Shown one piece after another: positions 36,034-40,657 of a DNA stretch of 40,657 nucleotides. Position numbers and translations under genes: made by a program. The DNA is from Acidimicrobiales bacterium (GTDB lineage: Bacteria; Actinomycetota; Acidimicrobiia; Acidimicrobiales; JBEIGA01). The notes below the pieces were generated by a model, which saw only the letters and a program-made list of their open reading frames with translations, ran no database searches and was not told the DNA's origin. The stretch is from positions 1-40,657 of the forward strand of contig JBEIGA010000003.1 in the NCBI GenBank assembly GCA_040382135.1, read 5' to 3'. The first letter of the stretch is position 1, and each line of letters begins with the position of its first letter.

Positions 36034-37158
36034 ATGCCGACCACCGACGCCTCGTCCGGCGCGCTCCGGGCGCTCGCCGACCTGCTGCTCGCCGTCGACG
36101 CGGACGCGGACCACGAGCGCTGGCCGTTCTCGTCGGACCTCGAACGGGCGATGTACCGCGAGTTCGCCATGCACTCGCTGCACCACGCCCTGCAGTTCTG
36201 GCTGGAGGCCGACCCGACCCGGCCTCGTTGGTACCGCTGGTTCTCCCCCACCAAGAAGCTGCTCGGCGACAACCCCGACACCGTCTACTACGGCACCGTC
36301 GTCGACCCCACCCGCACCTACCGGGTCCGGGGGAACACCGCGGGTGCCTGCTACACGTCGTTCACGGTCGAGACCGGGACGGCGGGCGGGCACATGGCGA
36401 AGGCGCTCGGCCACACCCTGAACGACGACCAGTTCGACGTCGACGCCGCCGGGAACTTCGAGCTCACGGTCGGCCCCGGCGACGGAGGTCGCAACCACCT
36501 GCGGCTCGACCCCGGTTCGGGCTCGATCACCACCCGCCACTACTACGAGCTCGCCCGGTGCGCGGCGCTCGACCCCGCCCTGCACGTCCCGCTCACCATC
36601 GAGACGCTGGAGGACCCCGGGCCGCCGCCGGTGCCCGACGACGCCGCCACCGCCGCCAACATCGAGCGCGTCGCCACGTTCCTCCGCTCGGTCACGGTCG
36701 ACTGGGGCCACCACGTCCTGCCGCCCGGCGCCATCCCGTGGACCTCGCCCGAACCGAACGTGTTCACCAACCCACCGGACCACGACGGCAACCTGGGCAT
36801 CGGCTACGCCGCCACCGACAACGTGTACCGCAGCACCCGCTGGCACCTCGGCCCCGACGAGGCCCTGGTGATCCGGGGTCGCTTCCCTCGGTGCCGCTTC
36901 GCCAACGTGGTGCTGTTCAACCACCACATGCAGACCCCGAACTACGACCGCCGCCAGGTCTCGCTCAACCGGGTCCAGACGCAGTACGAGGCCGACGGCT
37001 CGTTCCGCATGGTCGTCGCCCACGAGGATCCCGGTGTCCCCAACTGGCTCGACACCCGTGGTCTCGAGCGCGGCACGGTCTTCTGGCGGTTCCTGCTCCC
37101 GTCCGAGCCGCTGACGCAGCTCGAGACCGAGGTGGTCCGGCTCGCCGACCTGCGCTGA
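36034..37158 (+). CDS. DUF1214-domain protein
   Basis: GDNPDTVYY, YRVRG, WHLGPDEALVI, QVSLN, DGSFRMVVAHEDPGVPNWLDT. Confidence 0.82.
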   Translation: MPTTDASSGALRALADLLLAVDADADHERWPFSSDLERAMYREFAMHSLHHALQFWLEADPTRPRWYRWFSPTKKLLGDNPDTVYYGTVVDPTRTYRVRGNTAGACYTSFTVETGTAGGHMAKALGHTLNDDQFDVDAAGNFELTVGPGDGGRNHLRLDPGSGSITTRHYYELARCAALDPALHVPLTIETLEDPGPPPVPDDAATAANIERVATFLRSVTVDWGHHVLPPGAIPWTSPEPNVFTNPPDHDGNLGIGYAATDNVYRSTRWHLGPDEALVIRGRFPRCRFANVVLFNHHMQTPNYDRRQVSLNRVQTQYEADGSFRMVVAHEDPGVPNWLDTRGLERGTVFWRFLLPSEPLTQLETEVVRLADLR

Positions 37159-37171
37159 GCGGGCTCTGCGC

Positions 37172-37771
37172 TCAGACCCGGTCGCGGAACCGGTCCACCA
37201 GGCGGTGGGCCTGCGGGAGCAGGAGCCCGGCGGCGTAGAGCTTGACGACCTCGCCCGGCACGAAGGGGTACAGACCGAGCTCGAGCGCCTCCTGGGCGGG
37301 GATCCCGAGGTCGGCGGCCAACCAGGTCACGCCCATGCCGAAGACGATCACGAGCGACGTCAGCATGGCGGTGATCGAGCTGCGGAGCTCCCGGACCAGG
37401 CCGCGCTCGGCCATCGCCCCGAGCACCACCGAGGACACGAGGAAGCCGACGAGGTAACCGCCCGTCGGGCCGCTCACCTGGTCCCAGCCCGACGCGCCGC
37501 CGCTGAACACCCCGAGGCCGAGGCCGCCGGCGATGAGGTAGAGCAGCATCGAGAGCCCGCCGGTGAAGGCGCCGAGCGACGCGCCCACCACCAGCACGCC
37601 GAAGGTCTGCAGGGTGTACGGCACCGGCGTCCACGGCACGATCACCTCGAGCTGCGCGCAGAGGGCCACCAGTGCCGCACCGCCGGCGGCGAGGCCGACG
37701 TCGACCCCGAGGGCCCGGGTGGCGCTCGCCGGACGAGGGATCGCGGCGCGCAGCGTCATGGCGGTGGTCAT
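37172..37771 (-). CDS. bioY: Biotin transporter BioY
   Basis: PWTPVPYTLQTFGV, YLIAGGLGLGVFSGG, GPTGGYLVGF, PFVPGEVVK. Confidence 0.95.
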   Translation of the reverse strand: MTTAMTLRAAIPRPASATRALGVDVGLAAGGAALVALCAQLEVIVPWTPVPYTLQTFGVLVVGASLGAFTGGLSMLLYLIAGGLGLGVFSGGASGWDQVSGPTGGYLVGFLVSSVVLGAMAERGLVRELRSSITAMLTSLVIVFGMGVTWLAADLGIPAQEALELGLYPFVPGEVVKLYAAGLLLPQAHRLVDRFRDRV

Positions 37772-37825
37772 GGGTCGGTTCCTCCGAGGCGTAGGGTCGC
37801 AGCGCCCGGAGCGGCCGGGCAGGAG

Positions 37826-37857
37826 TCGTCACGGTAGTCGCCTTTGTGGCGTAACGA
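37826..37857. promoter_or_regulatory. Candidate BirA operator
   Basis: TCGTCACG-N16-CGTAACGA (one mismatch). The widely spaced half-sites resemble known BirA operators, and the left arm overlaps minus-strand TACCGT upstream of bioY. Confidence 0.5.
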
Positions 37858-37875
37858 TCGAACCGGGAGGCGCGC

Positions 37876-38874
37876 GTGCCCGAGACCCCCGAGACCACCG
37901 CCCGCCGTGAAGCCGTGCTCGCCGCCCTGTGGTCCGCAGGTCCGCAAGGGTGTTCCGGCCAGGCGCTGGCCGATCGCCTGGGATGCTCGCGCACCGCGGT
38001 CCACCGCCACGTCGAGGCGCTCCGACGCGCCGGCATCCCGGTCGACGGTGTGCACGACGGGTACCGACTCGGCGCCGGGGCCGACCCCGTCGTCCCGTCC
38101 GTCGTCGAGTCCCGGCTCACGCCACCGCTCGCCGGCCCGGTGCGCTGGAGCCCGACCACCGGTTCCACCAACGACGACCTCGCCGCCGCCGCCCGCGCCG
38201 GGGCACCCGAGGGCATGGTCATCGGCGCCGACCACCAGGGCGCAGGCCGAGGACGACAGGGTCGTCGGTGGGAGTCGGACGCGGGCGACGGGCTGCTCTG
38301 GAGCGTGCTGCTGCGCCCGCCGCTCCCTGCCGCGGAGGCGGCGGCCATCCCCGTGCTCGTGGCCGTGGCGGTGGCCCGGGCGCTCGGCCCCGAGGCCCGC
38401 ATCGTCTGGCCGAACGACCTCGTCATCGGAGCGGGCGGGGTCATCGGAGCGGGCGGGGTCATCGGACACCGGAAGCTGGCGGGCATCCTCTGCGAGATGC
38501 ACACCGACGAGTCCGGCGTCGCCTGGATCGTCGCCGGCGTCGGCGTGAACGTGTACCGGGCACCGGTCCTGGACGAGGGCCGCTGGACCCCGACCTGTCT
38601 CGCCGACCACGGCACCCCGCCGCGCCGGACCGACCTGCTCGTCGACCTGCTCACGGCGTTGGCCACCGATTACCGGGCGTTCCTCGACGGTCGCCTCGAC
38701 CTCCCCGCCCGCTTCGCCGAGCGCGACGCGCTCGCCGACGCACCCGTCACCGTCCGCGGCCCGACGACCCAGCAGGCGGGCACCGCACGGGGCATCGACG
38801 CCCACGGCCGCCTCCTCCTCGACACCCCCGCCGGCCGAGCCGTGGTCCATGCCGGCGAGGTCTGGGCCGGCTGA
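37876..38874 (+). CDS. birA: Bifunctional (type II) biotin-protein ligase / repressor with N-terminal HTH
   Basis: SGQALADRLGCSRTAVHRHVEALRRAG HTH, TGSTN, GRGRQGRRWES, WPND, RKLAGILCE, GVGVNV, GIDAHGRLLL. Confidence 0.9.
   Translation: MPETPETTARREAVLAALWSAGPQGCSGQALADRLGCSRTAVHRHVEALRRAGIPVDGVHDGYRLGAGADPVVPSVVESRLTPPLAGPVRWSPTTGSTNDDLAAAARAGAPEGMVIGADHQGAGRGRQGRRWESDAGDGLLWSVLLRPPLPAAEAAAIPVLVAVAVARALGPEARIVWPNDLVIGAGGVIGAGGVIGHRKLAGILCEMHTDESGVAWIVAGVGVNVYRAPVLDEGRWTPTCLADHGTPPRRTDLLVDLLTALATDYRAFLDGRLDLPARFAERDALADAPVTVRGPTTQQAGTARGIDAHGRLLLDTPAGRAVVHAGEVWAG
38422..38466 (+). repeat. In-frame 18-bp tandem repeat (2.5 copies) inside birA
   Basis: GTCATCGGAGCGGGCGGG twice plus GTCATCGGA, encoding VIGAGG-VIGAGG-VIG. 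Confidence 0.95.
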
Positions 38875-38892
38875 GCTTCGGGCTGCGGCGCC

Positions 38893-40110
38893 TCAGCCGT
38901 GGGCGAGGATGAAGTTCCGGACCCGCGGGTAGATCTCGCCGTCCCAGCGGCGGCCGCTGAACACGCCGTAGTGGCCGACGCCGGCCTGCAGGTGGTGCAA
39001 CCGGCGGTAGGCGGGCACGGACGAGCACAGGTCGTGGGCGGCCATGGTCTGGCCGATGCTGCAGATGTCGTCCCGCTCGCCCTCCACCGTCATGAGCGCA
39101 GTGCGGCGGATGGCCTGCGGCTCGACGCGGCGACCCCGGTGCTCGAGCACGCCGCGGGCCAGCTCGAAGCGCTGGAACACCCGGGAGATGGTCTGCAGGT
39201 AGAACTCCGCCGGCATGTCGAGCACGGCGAAGTACTCCTCGTAGAACTCCCGCGTCGCCCGGGCACGGGCGAGGTCGCCCCGGGTGAGGCTGCCCCACAG
39301 CTCCACGTGGGAGCGGACGTGGCGATCCGGGTTCATCATCATGAACGCGGTCAGCTGCAGGAACCCCGGGTAGACGCGCCGCCCCGCCCCCGGGTGGCGC
39401 GCCGGCACCGTGGTGATGACGTTGCGCTCGAACCACGACAGCGGGTTGCCGGTGGCGAGCTCGTTCACCTCGGTGGGGTTGATCCGGGTGTCGATGGGCC
39501 CGGCCATCAGGATGAGGGTGCGGGGCTGCTGCGGGTGGCGCCCCTGCGCCATGACCGCGGCGGCCGCGAGGACCGGCACGCAGGGCTGGCACACCGAGAC
39601 CAGGTGGACGGCGTCGCCGAGGCGCTCCACGAACCGGATGACGTGGTCGACGTAGTCGTCGAACCCGAAGTCGCCCTCGGCGAGCGGCACGTCGCGGACG
39701 TTGTGCCAGTCGGCGAGGTAGACGTCGTGGTCGCGCAGCATGGTCTGGACGGTGGCCCGCAGCAGCGTGGAGAAGTGGCCCGAGAGCGGCGAGACCAGCA
39801 GGACGACGGGCTGGGGCACTGCGACGTCCTTGCGGAAGTGCAGCAGCGAACCGAACGGGGTGCGATCGACCACGTCCTCGACGATGCCGACCTCGACGCC
39901 GTCGACCACCACCCGATCGATGCCGAACGGGGGTCGCTCGTGGGTGATGCGGGCGCCGGCGACCACCTCACAGGCGGCACGGGCGCTGCGCACGGGGAGG
40001 GATCGTGCGACCGGTCCGGGCAGGTGGCGGGTCAGGCGACCCAGCGAACCGACGGCGTCGCGGGCGAGATCCCCGGCGTCCGCACCCGTCTGGTAGAGCT
40101 GGTAGAGCAT
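38893..40110 (-). CDS. phaZ: Intracellular polyhydroxybutyrate depolymerase (PhaZ1/PhaZa type)
   Basis: MLYQLY, PLSGHFSTLLR, DWHNVRDVPL, VCQP (Cys nucleophile), GRRVYPGFLQL, EGERDDIC, GHYGVFSGRRW. Confidence 0.92.
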   Translation of the reverse strand: MLYQLYQTGADAGDLARDAVGSLGRLTRHLPGPVARSLPVRSARAACEVVAGARITHERPPFGIDRVVVDGVEVGIVEDVVDRTPFGSLLHFRKDVAVPQPVVLLVSPLSGHFSTLLRATVQTMLRDHDVYLADWHNVRDVPLAEGDFGFDDYVDHVIRFVERLGDAVHLVSVCQPCVPVLAAAAVMAQGRHPQQPRTLILMAGPIDTRINPTEVNELATGNPLSWFERNVITTVPARHPGAGRRVYPGFLQLTAFMMMNPDRHVRSHVELWGSLTRGDLARARATREFYEEYFAVLDMPAEFYLQTISRVFQRFELARGVLEHRGRRVEPQAIRRTALMTVEGERDDICSIGQTMAAHDLCSSVPAYRRLHHLQAGVGHYGVFSGRRWDGEIYPRVRNFILAHG

Positions 40111-40204
40111 CGGTCAACCGCCAGTCGTCGTACGGGTACGGTAACGCACGGTGGTCGCAGCGACGAGGCTCGCCGCCGTTCCCCTCACGACCGGGAGCCC
40201 GCCC

Positions 40205-40657
40205 ATGTCGTCGGCCACGATCACCATCACCAGCCGCAACTACGGCGCCTGGTCGCTGCGCGGCTGGCTGCTCTGCCGCCTCGCCGGCCTCGATCTCGTC
40301 GAGGAGATCCTCGACAGCGACGACCCCACCGCCCGGGCCGAGCTCCTCCTGCTCGCCCCGTCGTTCCAGGTGCCGAGGCTCAGCTTCGACGGCCACGAGG
40401 TCTGGGGTGCGCTCGCCATCGGCGAGGAGCTCCACGAGCACTTCCCCGAGGCCGGCCTCCTCCCCACGGATCCGGCCGCCCGGGCGCACTGTCGCTCCGT
40501 CTGCGGCGAGATGCACGGCGGGTTCGCCAACCTGCGGGCCGCGCTGCCCATGAACATCCGGGCCCGGTACCGGTCCTTCCCGGTGTGGAGCGGGGTCCAC
40601 GCCGACATCGAGCGGATCACCTCGATCTGGCGGGACTGCCTGGCCACGTACGGCGGC
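40205..40657 (+). CDS. Glutathione S-transferase family protein (3'-truncated by window edge; absent from ORF track)
   Basis: Hand translation gives MSSATITITSRNYGAWSLRGWLL...LLAPSFQVPRL...WGALAIGE...RAHCRSVCGEMHGGFANLRAALPMN, open to the end of the window. Confidence 0.88.
   Translation, partial: MSSATITITSRNYGAWSLRGWLLCRLAGLDLVEEILDSDDPTARAELLLLAPSFQVPRLSFDGHEVWGALAIGEELHEHFPEAGLLPTDPAARAHCRSVCGEMHGGFANLRAALPMNIRARYRSFPVWSGVHADIERITSIWRDCLATYGG

Noticed and set aside
5197-37023. Long alternative-frame or antisense ORFs (e.g. 5197-7485 minus, the upstream part of 10419-12992 minus, 22907-25201 plus, 25936-28095 minus, 34495-37023 minus)
   Set aside because: They shadow well-supported genes, have Arg/Gly/Pro-rich or antisense-typical composition and carry no motifs. 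Such ORFs are expected at this GC content.
1-40657. CRISPR arrays, tRNA/rRNA, riboswitches, transposases, phage or defence genes
   Set aside because: Intergenic gaps are all about 120 bp or less, with no repeat-spacer or cloverleaf pattern, and no such protein motifs were seen. A covariance-model search was not possible.

Overview
A very GC-rich (visually >70%), densely coding 40.7-kb window with about 41 genes. It is most likely from an Actinomycetota genome, possibly Acidimicrobiia-like. This is inferred from mycobacterial-type gene families, an actinobacterial LexA box, a PafBC-type promoter and many TANNNT-N6-8-start leaderless genes. Most genes are catabolic or redox enzymes: three cytochrome P450s, two Cys-type arylsulfatases, four TauD/AtsK Fe(II)/2-oxoglutarate dioxygenases, two Zn alcohol dehydrogenases, SDRs, AKR, an OYE-type flavoenzyme, an F420-type FDOR, nitroreductase, acyl-CoA dehydrogenase, enoyl-CoA hydratase and a CaiB CoA transferase. 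Together they suggest scavenging of sulfated/sulfonated and steroid-like or other hydrophobic compounds. Several odd modules are interspersed. (1) An orphan MerE-like membrane protein sits behind a perfect CsoR-type palindrome. (2) A DUF222/HNH gene has both a PafBC-type promoter and a LexA box. (3) An orphan Lys-to-His (ColD/RfbH-type) DegT-family enzyme lies outside any sugar cluster. (4) An HTH-bearing BirA diverges from bioY, with a candidate operator, an altered KWPND motif and an 18-bp tandem duplication. (5) A proteobacterial-type PHB depolymerase is paired with a GST whose glutathione-site motifs have diverged. Several divergent promoters are strikingly symmetric, and two share an identical 12-mer at identical spacing. 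No rRNA, tRNA, CRISPR array or transposase was seen. All calls come from reading motifs by eye; no database search was run.
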